A stretch of DNA of 64,000 nucleotides from Malacoraja senta (Eukaryota), in NCBI GenBank assembly GCA_038087875.1, contig JAXLNO010000130.1, positions 1-64,000 of the forward strand, written 5' to 3'. Position 1 is the stretch's first letter. Each line of letters opens with the position of its first letter. The notes under the pieces are model-generated. The model worked only from the letters and a program-made list of their open reading frames with translations. It was not told the origin of the DNA and made no database searches. Positions 11,846-25,550 of this stretch are shown here, piece after piece. The position numbers and the translations under genes were made by a program.

Positions 11846-13941
11846 CCCGTTTGGCAAAAGAATAAATCAGGCAAGGTAGTGCATCCGTGGATAACAAAGG
11901 AAATCAGGGATAGTATCAAAACAAAAGATGAAGCATACAAATTAGCCAGAAAAAGCAGCCTACCAGAGGACTGGGAGAAATTCAGTGCAGCAGAGGAGGA
12001 CAAAGGGTTTAATTAGGAAAGGGAAAATAGATTATGAAAGAAAACTGGCAGGGAACATAAAAAATGACTGCAAAAGTTTTTATATATATGTGAAGAGAAA
12101 AAGATTACTTAAAACAAATGTAGGTCCCTTGCAGTCAGAAACAGGTGAATTGATCATAGGGAACAAGGACATGGCAGACCAATTGAATAACTACTTTGGT
12201 TCTGTCTTCACTAAGGAAGACTTAATTAATCTGCCGGAAATAGCAGGGGACCGGGGGTCAAATGAGATGGAGGAACTGAGTGAAATCCAGGTTAGCCGGG
12301 AAGTGGTGTTAGGTAAATTGAATGGATTAAAGACCGATAAATCCCCAGGGCCAGATAGGCTGCATCCCAGAGTACTTAAGGAAGTAGCCCCAGAAATAGT
12401 GGATGCATTAGTGATAATTTTTCAAAACTCTTTAGATTCTGGAGTAGTCCCTGAGGATTGGAGGGTAGCTAATGTAACCCCACTTTTTAAAAAGGGAGGG
12501 AGAGAGAAAACGGGGAATTACAGACCAGTTAGTCTAACATCGGTAGTGGGGAAATTGCTATTAACTATCAGTTATTAATAAATTATCAGTTATTAAAGAT
12601 GGGATAGCAGCACATTTGGAAAATGGTGAAATCATTGGACAGTCAGCATGGATTTATGAAAGGTAAATCATGTCTGACAAATCTTATAGAATTTTTCGAG
12701 GATGCAACTAGTAGAGTGGATAAGGGAGAACTAGTGGATGTGTTATATCTGGACTTTCAGAAGGCTTTCGACAAGGTCCCACATAAGAGATTAATATACA
12801 AACTTAAAGCACACGGTATTGGGGGTTCAGTATTGATGTGGATAGAGAACTGGCTGGCAGACAGGAAGCAAAGAGTAGGAGTAAATGGGTCCTTTTCAGA
12901 ATGGCAGGCAGTGACTAGTGGGGTACCACAAGGCTCAGTGCTGGGACCCCAGCTATTTACAATATATATTAATGATTTGGACGAGGGAATTGAATGCAAC
13001 ATCTCCAAGTTTGCGGATGACACAAAGCTGGGGGGCAGTATTAGCTGTGAGGAGGGTGCTAGGAGGCTGCAAGATGACTTGGATAGGCTGGGTGAGTGGG
13101 CAAATGCATGGCAGATGCAGTATAATGTGGATAAATGTGAGGTTATCCCCTTTGGTGGCAAAAACAGGAAAGTAGACTTTTACCAGAATGGTGGCCGATT
13201 AGGAAAAGGGGAGATGCAACAAGACCTGGGTGTCATGGTACACCAGTCATTGAAAGTGGGCATGCAGGTGCAGCAGGCAGTGAAGAAAGCGAATGGTATG
13301 TTAGCATTCATAGTGAAAGGATTTGAGTATAGGAGCAGGGAGGTTCTACTGCAGTTGTACATGGTCGTGGTGAGACCACACCTGGAGTATTGCGTACAGT
13401 TTTGGTGTCCTAATCTGAGGAAGGACATTCTTGCCACAGAGGGAGTACAGAGAAGGTTCACCAGACTGATTACTGGGATGTCAGGACTTTCATATGAAGA
13501 AAGACTGGATAGACTTGGCTTATACTCGCTAGAATTTAGAAGATTGAGGGGGGTTCTTATAGAAACTTACAAAATTCTTAAGGGGTTGGACAGGCTAGAT
13601 GCAGGAAGATTGTTCCCGATGTTGGGGAAGTCCAGAACAAGGGGTCACAGTTTAAGGATAAAGGGGAAATCTTTTAGGACTGAGATGTGAAAAACATTTT
13701 TTACACAGAGAGTGGTGAATCTGTGGAATTCTCTGCCTCAGAATGTAGTTGAGGCCAGTTCATTGGCTATATTTAAGAGGGAGTTAGATGTGGCCCTTGT
13801 GGCTAAAGGGATCGGGGGTATGGAGAGAAAGCAGGTACAGGATACTGAGTTGGATGATCAGCCATGATCATATTGAATGGCGGTGCAGGCTCGAAGGGCT
13901 GAATGGCCTACTCCTGCACCTATTTTCTATGTTTCTATGTT
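11846..13941 (+). mobile_element. CR1 LINE subfamily B, 5'-truncated, RT with frameshift
   Basis: ORFs 11985-12578 and 12623-13690 carry CR1 RT motifs (FADDTKL); TTCTATGT tail. Confidence 0.93.
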
Positions 13942-14359
13942 TACCTCGGCACACGTGACAATCTACTAAACAAAACAAAAAAAAATTCACGCGAACAAGG
14001 CACTTGGCTCAACTCATCCACGCCAACCGAGATGCCCCAAGAATAGACACATAATGCTGGATTAACTGCGGGACAGGATCCATCTCTGGAGAGAAGGAAT
14101 GGATGATGTTTTGCACCGAGACCCTTCTTCCCGACCTGACCCGAAACGTCACCCATTCCTTCTCTCCAGAGATGCTGCCTGTCCCGCTGAGTTACTCCAA
14201 CATTGGGTGTCTATCTTCTGTGTATACCAGCATATAAGGTCATAAGGAATAGGAGCAGAATTAGGCCATTCGGCCCATCAAGTCTATTCTGCCATTCAAT
14301 CATGGCTGATCTATCCCTCCCTCCTCACCCCTCTCTCCTGCCTTGTCCCCATAACCGCT

Positions 14360-15368
14360 GACAATAGACAATAGGTGCAGGAGTAGGCCATTGGGCTCTT
14401 AGAGCCAGCAAGGCCATTCAATGTGATCACGGCTGATCATCCACAATCAGTACCCCGTTCCTGCCTTCTCCCCATATCCCCAGACTCCGCTATCTTTAAG
14501 AGCCCTATCTAACCTTTCCTTGAAAGCATCCAGTGAATTGGCCTCCTCTGCCTTCTGAGGCAGAGAAATCCACAGACTCACAAAAGTTTTTCCTCATCTC
14601 CATTCTAAATGGTTTTCCCCTTATTGTTAAACTGTGGCCCCTGGTTCTGGACTCCCCCAACATCGCGAACATGTTTCCTGCCTCTAGCTTGTCCAAACTC
14701 TGATGTTTCAATAAGATATCCTCTCATCCTTCTAAATTCCAGTGGATACAAGCCCAGTCGCTCCATTCTATCAACATATGACAGTCCCGGCATGACGGGA
14801 ATTAACCACGAGAACTTACGCTGCACTCCCTCAATAGCAAGAATGTCCTCAAATTTGGAGACCAAAACTGCACACAGTACTCAGGTGTGGTCTTACCAAG
14901 GCCCTGTGCAACTGCATAAGGACCTGTTTGCTCCTATACTCAACTCCTCTTGTTATGAAGGCCAACATGCCATTCGCTTTCTTCACTACTTACTTACTTT
15001 CAGTGAACAATGAACAAGGACCCCCCAGATCTCATTGTACTTCCCCTTTTCCCAACTTGACAGCATTCAGATAATAATCTGCCTTCCTGTTTTTGCCACC
15101 AAAGTGGATAACCTCACATTTATCCACATTAAACTGCATCTGCCATGCATCTGCCCACTCACTCAACCTGTCCAGGTCACCCTGCAACCTCCTAACATCC
15201 TCTTCACAGTTCACACTGCCACCCAGCTTTGTGTCATCTGCAAAATTGCTAATGTTACTTTTAATCCCTTCATCTAAATCATTAATGTATATTGTAAATA
15301 GCTGTGATCCCAGCACTGAGCCTTGCGGTACCCCACTAGTCACTGCCTGCCATTCTGAAAGGGACCCG
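14360..15368 (-). mobile_element. CR1 LINE fragment (RT and 3'UTR)
   Basis: ORF 15032-15445 has SGVPQGSVLGSQLF..NFADDTKL; tail at about 14360. Confidence 0.85.
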
Positions 15369-15648
15369 TTAATACATAGATACATAGATACATAGAAATT
15401 AGGTGCAGGAGTAGGCCATTCGGCCCTTCGAGCCTGCACCGCCATTCAATACGATCATGGCTGATCATCCAACTCAGTATCCCGTACCTGCCTTCTCTCC
15501 ATACCCCCTGATCCCTTTAGCCACAAGGGCCACATCTAATTCCCTCTTAAATATAGCATTCCCTACTCTTTGTATCCTGTCTGCCAACCAATTTTCTATC
15601 CATGTCAGCACTCTAGCCCCAATACCATGTGCCCTATTATTGCCAACT

Positions 15649-18600
15649 AATAGTAAGATTAAATGAGAACTTACCAGTTTGAAGTTTGATCTTTATTTTA
15701 TGAGGAGTTACGTTGGTGATTACGTGAAGAAGACCCGTCAGGGCGCCTGCGCGTCAATCTTCAAAGCAGCGGTGTGAAATCACAAACAACAAGAACGAAG
15801 TAATATACTAACATAGTAAAAACGAGCACATTTAGAACATTCCATCTGACCTTTATGAAAGAGGGTTGGGCGTGGTGGGCACGTAATCACCAACGTAACT
15901 CCTCATAAAATAAAGATCAAACTTCAAACTGGTAAGTTCTCGTTTAATCTTACTATTTTACTTCGGAGTCACGTGAGTGACTGCGTGGATATTTTAAAGC
16001 TTTGTGATTTCATGCCGCAGATACAAATCCCGGCTTCTCACTGCATTGATTGACTCGGAATGAGAAATAATCTAAGAGAACCATGGCTGCATAGACCAGT
16101 CTGGTACCACGAGTACCCCAGAGGCAGCATCCTGCTTCATTTTAAGCAGACAGAGTGAAGCAGCAGACAGACAGAATGATAAACAGAGTTTATGAGACAG
16201 AATGATGGAAAATGCATATAAAAACATACCACCCTAATGTAGCGAGAAACATCAATCGCTACTGTCCTCCCGATGTAGTTCCCATAACACATATCTCTGT
16301 AACTGGTGATTGAGTCTGGATGGAAACAAGTCATATCTGGCTTCCCAAATCTGACTATTACTGTATATCATTAAAATCTTAAGGTTCAACATCCATTCTT
16401 TGTTATCATGGAAATTCTCATAACCTGGTGTCTGCTACTATATTGAATCTACCTAGTAGATAAATAGCTGAAACCAAATATTTGTCAACACACCAAGTCC
16501 AGATTTGATTAGCCAATTTGTCATATGACACCAAATTAATTCCACCCATATAATTAATACATGTCATTGCTGTAGTGTTGTTAATTTGAACCTGAACATG
16601 CAGATTAGTTGTATTAACAACAAGCTTGGAGCTCATAAGCCTTCCAATAGCTGTAAAACATCGATTCTCCATGTCTGCAAAAATAATGCTTCTTCCATAT
16701 TCCATCTGTCCACAGATGGATACCTTTTCAGTGGCACCAATCCTAGTGCACTGACATCAGTCTGTAAGACCATGGAAGGCTGTTCAATCAGTATCTTGCT
16801 TGAACTACTGGAGACATGTTAAATCCACCACTGCAAATCAGAAGGAGCATTTGTTGTTTAACTGCATGGCCTACCAAAAATGGCCACCATGCATCCTAGT
16901 GGCTTTCTTTTTGCAGTCTGTAGCTGCTGGTAGTACTATGGCCCATATTGTATTGCTGGAAATAACACTAATTTCCCTAGCAAGCTGGCCACCAGTCTTA
17001 ATTGACGATTGTTGCTTTTTCAACAGCTTAATGCAACCATCAATCAGCTCTACCCTTACCCTGGATAAATTACTACCCTGTCAATTGAATCAATTGTGAA
17101 ATTAAAATAATCATTTGTTGTAAGTGGCGTTAACCTTAATTTCTCTCTGGATGAATTAAACCCAACTTTCAAAAGTGGATTGAACAATTGAGAGAGATAA
17201 CTCACTAATTCTCTTGTTTGTCCTAATTAGGACATCATCCAGTTAAGCCATCAACATCTGTCCTTGGACTCTAATTAGCCCCAAAATTGGTTTTACCAAT
17301 TTAGTGAAATTCTAGGAACTGAAGTTAACCCATTAGACAGAACTTTGAATTGCCATAATTGTTCATTCAGATAAATTTCAAATATTTTTATCTTACAAAT
17401 GAACAGACACTAAGTAATATACATCTTTCACATCTATAAGTGCCATATAACATCTTTTGAAATAAGCTGTATGGCAGTCTCAAAGTCTCCATTTTGAAGT
17501 GTCTATACTTCACAAAATTTTAAAGACTTGTCAGATCTAAAATACTCCTCACCTTTTTAGGTCGAGAAATTTTAAACACAATTTGGTGGTTTTGATAAAC
17601 CGACCTTTCAATTACTTGTTTATAGACAATTCAGCTTGAACCTCCATCACTTCTTTATGTGAAATTGGAGTGTTCTGCTTGGAACATGCTGGATGGCAAA
17701 TCACTATTTGGATCGAATCAATTCGAAACCTTTGAATAATACTCAGAATAATAAATCTGAAGTAATTTGCTTCCAATATTTGGCTGTTTTTGCCTTAATA
17801 TGTTCCCATGAGAACCAGGTCCACATACCTCCTTTGTCACCTCTGAGTGACCTGTGGTCCCTGGCTCCTGGCAGGAAAAACCCACGCTTTTTCGTTTTCC
17901 CGCTGCAGGACACCAACTGCGCCCCTGCTTCAATGGTCGATTTGTTCCTGGTGTAGGCCCAGGATTTTGTATGATGTCTGAAAGGATACCTCCCTCTTTG
18001 CAGACTTGCCGACCATTGATGTTTTGATCAACCTTGCTGTTTTTTGCCTCATCATCCAACTCTTTCCCACGTTTCGTGAGGTTTTTTCTCTGAAGAGTAA
18101 GTTGAATTACTGCACATTGCTTGGCTTTTACAGAGTTGCTGCAACTTGGGGTTGATGGTGGACCGAATGGCATACTTCCTGAAACAATTCATCTTGAAGT
18201 GGGCGCTACATAGCAACCCTAGTGCCACTTGATGCATCTCCATCCCTGGCCTCCATCCATTGTTTTGCAAATTGCAGTTGTTCATCAACCCAGCAGCTTC
18301 AATATTCTCTGCAGTTTTACTTTTCTTAGGCTCACATGCCTTTGCCCATCTGACCCCTTCTATCTTGGTTCACTGCTAGTACTTTCAGCAATCCGCAGTT
18401 CCTTGGGGTCTCGTGCTTTTTTGGCATTTTCATCCATCGTAAGCTACTAGAGCTGATGGAAGACACAATAGTTGATCGCAGAGGCCACTTCCTTTCCCAG
18501 TGGCTCTCCTGACTCTGACGGGGCAGCGAATCGTACTGCCAGAGTAAACATCTGGCAGCTGCCATCTTCGCTTGTATCGGCCTCACCGTCAGATTCAGGG

Positions 18601-19305
18601 TCAGAACTCTCACAGAGCAGCGAATCGTACTGCCAGAAATAAAACATCTGGCAGCTGCCGTCTTCGCTTGTATCAGAAGACTCTGCTGACCCTGTGCACG
18701 CGCCTCATCAATGAGGGTGCTCTCAAACAGCCCTTTGCTAGGTGCTGCTGACCTGGCTTCTGGAGCCTGGCTTTGGCTACACTCTTCCCTGAGTGTGCTT
18801 TTCTCCAGTAACCTGTGTAACAGGCTTTTCATCTGAGAAATCCACTCAAAAAGCAGTATCCAGCCCTAGAGTCGCATCCTCCTGATCGGACTCCTCCTCC
18901 GTGGGCCACATGGACTTGACTTTAGCCTTGCGCCCCACAGGCGCTGACTGAGTTCTTTTCAACCCAAGTCCACAATCGCTACGCTCCCAGCCGGCGACTG
19001 TACAGGGGTCTGAGGCAGCTGTTCGCCGACCGTAATCTTGCGACTTTCCACCGGCTTTGCCGCTCGCCTCTTCCCCTTGTCCGTTTTTTCCATGGCACCT
19101 GTGGAAAAAATCCCCACAGACCCACAGCAAACGGACCTGGAAACTATTGAGAAAGTTTTTACTTACCTTGTAGTTCACAACTACATTTCCACTAGAGGAT
19201 CGCTGCTCCTCACGTCCGTTCGCGCCAATGCGTCTGACGTAATGACGCGCAGGCGCCCTGACGGGTCTTCTTCACGTAGTCACTCACGTGACTCCGAAGT
19301 AAAAT
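15649..19305 (-). mobile_element. DIRS1-type retrotransposon, internally deleted and degraded (gag, RT, RNaseH/MTase remnants; no YR seen), inserted in a CR1
   Basis: Terminal inverted arms at about 15649-15726 and 15880-15955; ICR continuing to about 15990 complementary to 19270-19305; remnants INNTTAMTCINYMGG..NIVADT and gag-like ORFs at 17718-18832; AAT at both ends. Confidence 0.85.
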
Positions 19306-19972
19306 CTCCTACGTGGGACCTTATCAAATGCTTTCTGAAAGTCCAGGTACACTACATCCATTGGCTCTCCTTTGTCCATTTTCCTAGTTACTTCAAAAAA
19401 TTCCAGAAGATTAGTCAAGCATTTCCCCTTCGTAAATCCATGCTGCCTCAGACCGTTATCCATCCTGTTACTGCTATCCAAATGTGCCGCTATTTCATCT
19501 TTTATAATTGACTCCAGCATCTTCCCACCACTGATATTATCAGGCTAACCGGTCTATAATTCCCTGTTTTCTCTTTCCCGCCTTTCTTAAAAAGTGGGAT
19601 AACATTAGCTACACTCCAATCCACAGGAACTGATCCTGAATCTATAGAACATTGGAAAATGATCACCAATTGGTCCACAATTTATTGGAGCCACTTCCTT
19701 AAGTACCCTGGATGCAGACCATCAGGCCCTGGGGATTTATCAGCCTTCAGTCCCATCAGTCTATCCAACACCATTTCCTGCCTAGTGTGAATTTCCTTCA
19801 GTTCCTCTGTCACCCCTAGGTCCTCTGGCCACTAGTACATCTGGGAGATTGTTTGTGTCTTCCTTAGTGAAGGACAGCTCCAAAGTCCCTGTTCAACTCG
19901 TCTGCCATTTCCTTGTTCCCCATAATAAATTCACCTGTTTCAGTCTTCAAGGGTCCAACTTTGGTCTTAACT
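19303..19972 (-). mobile_element. CR1 RT fragment split by the DIRS insertion (continues at 15560-15651)
   Basis: QHGFTKGK..YLDFQKAFDKVPRRR resumes on the other side of the DIRS element. Confidence 0.8.
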
Positions 19973-20063
19973 AAATTTTAGACACCGTACTAATCAAGAA
20001 TCTATCTATCTCTGCCTTAAAAATATCCACGGACTTGGCCTCCACAGCCAAGATGCCAGATCT

Positions 20064-20476
20064 TCTTAGGCTCCCTTCGGTCGTGGCTGACCATGGCTGT
20101 CTCCAGGGTTCTATTCCCAACATGGAGGACGCCTGTGCGTGACTTTGTTTCCCGTGGGGAGACTGGTGCACAGACAGCCACCCCACGGTCCTTGACAGAT
20201 CTGGGTCAGGATCCAGTGGCATGGAGTCCAAGACGACCGGAGACCCTTTTCTGCTGCAGCCTTCCCAGCCGTTGTGACCCTCCACTAAGGTCAGCCATCG
20301 TCCTCCGCCTGTTCCACCGTTGAGGTCTTGGTTGGATTGCTCTTTATCAGAGACCTCCCCCTCGACCTTACCGCCATGAGTGGCCCCACCAGGAGCATTG
20401 CTCCAGACGGCATCGCTCTCAGGATCTCAGGACCACACAAGCTTCTCCACCACGAAATAAACAAAGGTGACAATCC
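20064..20476 (-). mobile_element. Short non-coding RTE (Rex3/Expander-like)-derived element
   Basis: Minus 5' end CGTGGTGGAG..GATCCTGAGAGCGATG..CCTGGT.GGG..CATGGC resembles RTE-clade leaders (from memory); flanked by CCAGATCT direct repeat at 20056-63 and 20475-82. Confidence 0.5.
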
Positions 20477-20582
20477 AGATCTAGACAATAGATAATACAC
20501 AATAGGTGCAGGAGTAGGCCATTCGGCCTTTCAAGCCAGCACTGCGCTGACCCCTTCTGCCCCCCCCCCCCACCCCGCATAC

Positions 20583-20762
20583 CTTTCCAGCATGTTTGCC
20601 TTGAGGAGATGGGGGAGTGAGTTGCCACCATCTGTAATAACTGGACCAACTGCTTTTTCTTTGCAGCTGTGTCTTTCGAGAGCTCTGGAGAGGTTGGAGT
20701 GTCGTTCGCCCTTCGGTCTCTCTGGATCTTGGTGTGGAGCGGGTCTGGTACAGGCTCAGCTT
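20583..20762 (-). CDS. Putative exon F of the PDZ/coiled-coil/repeat gene (180 bp, phase 1-1)
   Basis: Acceptor TGTCTTGCAG, donor AG|GTATGC; unique sequence between repeats; reads EAEPVPDPLHTKIQRD..QTCWK in frame with exon E. Confidence 0.5.
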
Positions 20763-20904
20763 CTGCAAGACAATGCTTTCCTTTAGTATTTTTCTTTAGA
20801 TTAGAGCTAAGATCATGGAAACAGGCCTTTCGGCCCACTGGGTCCGCGCCGACCAGTGTTCAGCGGCCAGTACACGCGCTATCCTACACACTGGGGAAAA
20901 GTTA

Positions 20905-21235
20905 TGGGCCTGTCCCACTTACGCGATTTTTTCGGCGACTTGCCGGCACCCCGTCATAGTCGCAGCAGGTCTCCGAAAATGTTCACATGTTGAAAATCCA
21001 GCGGCGACCAGAACAAGGTACGACTCTTTGGGCGACTACTCACGACCCGATACAGGCTTCACCCGTGACATGTCGCCAGGGTGTCGCCTGTACGGTCATG
21101 AGTAGTCTCCTCAGTCGCCCAAAGAGTCGTAGCATTTTCTGGTCGCTGCTGAATTTTTAACATGTTGAACATTTTCGGCGACCTATGACGGGTGCCGGCG
21201 GTCGCCGAAAAAGTCGCGTAAGTGGGACGGGCCCA
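20905..21235. mobile_element. PIF/Harbinger-type MITE inserted in an HE1-like SINE
   Basis: TIR TGGGCCTGTCCCACTTACGCGA / TCGCGTAAGTGGGACGGGCCCA; TTA TSD at 20902-04 and 21236-38. Confidence 0.85.
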
Positions 21236-21611
21236 TTAGAATTTTTTACCAAAAGCCAATCAACCTACAAACCTGAAAGTCTTTGGAGTGTGGGACGAAA
21301 CCGGAGCACCCGAGAAAACCCACACGGTCACAGGGAGAACGTACAAACTTTGTACAAATTAAGTCTTGCGGTCTGATCCCCAAACCAAACTACACACTGA
21401 ATCTTTCTCTACCATTTGTACTCGAGTTTGGCTTGATTATGCATAGTATTATTTAATTATCATGGATAGTTGTTTTCTACTGTAGCTGGGTACAAGTAAC
21501 AATAATAAATAGTGTCTGAAGAAGGGTCTCGACCTGAAACGTCACCCATTCCTTCTCTATCCAGAGATGCTGCTGAAAAGGTTAAATGTTTTCAAATATA
21601 TAATGATACAT

Positions 21612-24600
21612 AATAGTAAGATTAAACGAGAACTTACCAGTTTGAAGTTTGATCTTTATTTTATTGGGAGTTACGTCGAGGGATTACGTGAAGACCCCAC
21701 CAGCACGCATGCGCGACATTCTTCAAAGCAACAGTGTGGAATCACAGTAATAGTAATGAAATAAACATAGTAAGATAAGAAGAACTAGGATACCAGTTGA
21801 CCTTTACAAGAGGGTGGGCGTGGAGGGCACGTAATCCCTCGACGTAACTCCTCATAAAATAAAACTGGTAAGTTCTCGTTTAATCTTACTATTTTACTTC
21901 GGAGTCACGTGAGTGACTACGTGAAGATTTTAACGATCTGTGATTTCATGCCGTGGAAACGAGTCCATGCTTCACACACTGCATCAGTTGACTACTGATG
22001 AGTGATCATTAATAATGCATTCAGACATGACTTAGATATAGACATGTTGATGCTTTTAATGAACAAACAATGATAATAGTAACCTCACTCAACCGAGAGG
22101 GAACTATGAAACAGAACTAGCATAGAGTTGGCAAATACCACCAATCTGGTAATGGGCTGTTATAAATGATTGGAAAGATCGTTATTTTGACCACCCTGCA
22201 GTCGCTAGGATGTGGTCCCCTAACGTCCATACCCTGCTGCTGTGGTAGTTGCAGCCCTGGTGGAATGAGACTTGAATATTAGTGTTCCCTCCTGTATAAG
22301 CCAGCCCCTTTATAACCACCTGGAGATGGTCTGTAGTGATCCCTTCTTACAAGGCTAATGTAACTAACAATATTGCTAGTTCACAGTCTTTAATGCTCTA
22401 GTGACCTACATTTCTGGTGTAGATGTGTGACTACACACAACCGAAGGTCCATGAGATATGTGAACAATCTAGTTAGACCTGATGCCCCTGGTCTATTCTG
22501 CTTGACTAAGTCATAAACATAATGTTATTTAGCCCGCAGATATTATCATCGTGTCCAGTCACTGCTAATGCCATGTCTGGAACCGTTGTGCTGAACTCAG
22601 CACCATGGGCATAACCACTTGTAGGCGAGTTTGACCAAGGACAGGGATGTAGCTGGAGCCCCACCAACGAACAACGTGGCACAATGTTAACATCCTATAT
22701 CTCTGCGTACCCAGGCCTGGGAGGTTTAGAGTGAAGATACCCTTCATTACCTGAATCCCAGAGGGTGAGACCCAACAGAGTGGATTCTGTTCCCCGCAGC
22801 CAGCATGATGAGATGGCACTTTAAGCACAGTAAATAGCACTTTAACTTGATAATTGTCAACCCCATACAAAACAGACCTTCAAGCCGTCCGTCATCCGTG
22901 CCGAGCTGAATGTAATACAACATAAAACAAATACCTCCCATCTCCTTATGAGGAGATACTACTGTTTGGTGCTATCCCTGCATCTGCAGTGAGCACGCCC
23001 AAGGTACGGTTTGACAACCTGAGCCGCAGGAATGGCCTTCGCAGAGTCTGTAATCAACGCATAGGTTATATCATGCAAAGGATGGTTCCCGAGTCACGGT
23101 AAAACCACGGTAAAACCCAGCAAATTTTATGTCCAGAATTAACCATACAAAGTTCTGTCATCATTCCCCACATCAGCGGGAACCATGGCAGGCACTATGA
23201 AAATACCTGAAGTGGTAGCTTGCTGAATTTGCAAGACCCGTCTGATGAGGCAAAATGGAGGAAGACATTCTCCCCAGTGTAGCGAGAATACATCCATCGC
23301 CATTGATATGCCACATATATTGCAACTGGTGATTGAGCCTGGATGCAGACATTTCGATCTTCAACGTTTCATCGAGCCACAATGTCATTAAACACTTAGC
23401 GATCCAACATCCATTCTGTATTGACAATTGATGATATACCAGTGCTAGATGAGGTTAGGTAATTTATCACCAGATACTTTGACTGATTATACCCATGTGA
23501 TCAACATATACCTCCACCAAAGTGAATCAACTTGGACTTAAGCATGCACCCCTTAATCCACAGAATGCACCTGTTGTCTGTAAGTAGTTGATACCATATA
23601 ACTGAACATTTGGTAACTCATGCAAATCCCATCCTTCTCCGTAATTTAGAGCTGATATTAGTAATTTTCCATCTTTGAGCAATAGCATCAGTTTGTAATT
23701 AACTGAAGATAATTGATGAAAAGTTAATGGAGCAATGTTGAATACTATTCGTCCATCATGGAGACTTTGATAGTTTCAGCCGGAATAGGAAAGGTCTGGT
23801 AACAATGGTACTTGAGAATTGATTCCAATCTCTTGCCTCAGGGCGGAGTCCCAGACTATTTCAGTTGGTATCAACATAAATTTAAACTTAAATTTAACTG
23901 GATGGACGAGAACTCAATTCCAGCTAAATTTTGAAATACCTCTGGTGCCTTGTGAATGGAAACTGATCCCATGGTAGTTAACAGTCACGAAGTTCCCTAT
24001 TCAGAAATGTCTATACTGCACAAGCGAGTTGTACCTGTTAACAATGAACAGGCCTCATTGCCCCAATTGCGATTCTGCCTAAAAAGGCAACGCCAACCAT
24101 GTTTTCAAGAACTCTGTGCTTGAATGCTGTGCAGTATAAACTAATCTGATCTGTAAAACCCAAGTGTAAATATTACCAACTAGTATCCGTAATCGGAAGC
24201 TTCTCCTTCATACTCCAAATGGGAGGACTTATGCAACCTGCCCAGGAGCTGCCTCAACCAGCTTCATCCTTGAATCAGCTTCATCCTTCATACATCCGAA
24301 TGGTAGGACTTATGCAACCTGAGTCAGGAGCTGCCTCAGGTATGTGTATGTATTTTAGCACCATCTGCATCCATCTGTTTTATAGAGTGGGAGGAATTGC
24401 AACCCTGAAACAGGTGTCGCTTCAGGCATATGTGCACTTCAGTTGCACCCTTTACCACTCCGGCTCATTTGAGTGGGAGGAAATTTGCAACCCTGAACCA
24501 GGAGCTGCTGCCTGACATGCCTTCCACACTCTTGCGGGGTTGGCGCATCTTCCACGAAGGCCGTTCTGGGCCGTGGTCTAAAAAAGATCTCTGTTCTGAT

Positions 24601-25200
24601 CGTACGGCCTTCGGGCTTTCACCAGCTTCGGTGTCTGCTGGTGGGTGCATAGTAGACTTGTGGCATCTTCAGCCAACCCCATGTTTTCAGAGTCAGCCCA
24701 GAAGTGACTCCTAATGCTCCCCTCTGTCGAGGGAGATGCATTATGCAGCCCTCAACGAGGTGCTGCCATGGCCGTCCTAGGAGGCCCATGGTGACAAGGC
24801 TCCATATCCTGGAGCACGTCACATTGGAGCATCTGCTCCATCAACCGCCCATGCGGGATATGCGATCTCGGTCGCTGCCTGCTGGCGATGATTCTTCACG
24901 GCCCGACTCGTCCGAGTCTATGGCCTGTCCGTCCTCTGCTTGGTCTTTCCGCCAGTCTGTAGTGTTGATTCAGACTGTACAGGTGCCGGGACGGAGACTG
25001 CTGAACGCATAGATTGCGATCCAGATGCAGTCGGCCACTGGTGACTGCCCGTACTTCCACGGTCCAGCCAGTCTGGATGCAGCCCGTTTGGACTTCGTTA
25101 CCGACTTGTCCATAGTTCCTTCCCTGTAACACAGAAAGGGAACAAAATACGACCCCAGAGTAAAGAACTTACCTGCAGGTCTTGTTATCTGGAAAAGGCG
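21612..25200 (-). mobile_element. DIRS1-type retrotransposon, decayed interior, 5' ITR not found
   Basis: 3' terminus and ICR nearly identical to the copy at 54120; YR remnant FKSHSTRAA at about 22250-22277; ASRLNHQL at about 23330; gag remnant at 24500-25113. Confidence 0.8.
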
Positions 25201-25239
25201 GATTCGACCGCTACCCGCTACCCGCAGTCTGCGGTCTCC

Positions 25240-25550
25240 GTAGCGGGTTCCCTGCGGTCCCTGTAGAAGGGATTCCCCGCAAAGCCCATGTCGGGTTTTC
25301 TCCCATAGTTCTCGCAGCTGGAATTCCCTCTGCAGTCCTTGTAGAAGGGGTTTCCCGCGAAATCGATGTCGGGTTTTGCACCGAGCCTGGTATCCCCGCG
25401 GTTCTTGCAGCCGGGACTCCCTCTACAGTCCTTGTAGAAGGGAACCCCGCGAGATCCATGTCGGGTTTTTCCACCGAGCCTGGTACCCCCGCGGTTCTCA
25501 CAGCCGGGTTCCCTCTGCAGTCATTGTAGAAGGAAATCCCCGCGAGGATT
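25240..25550. repeat. About 80-93 bp GC-rich tandem repeat (about 4 units) at the 5' side of the DIRS remnant
   Basis: GTAGAAGG recurs at about 25263, 25341, 25434 and 25526 with shared CCCGC..ATGTCGGGTTTT. Confidence 0.7.
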
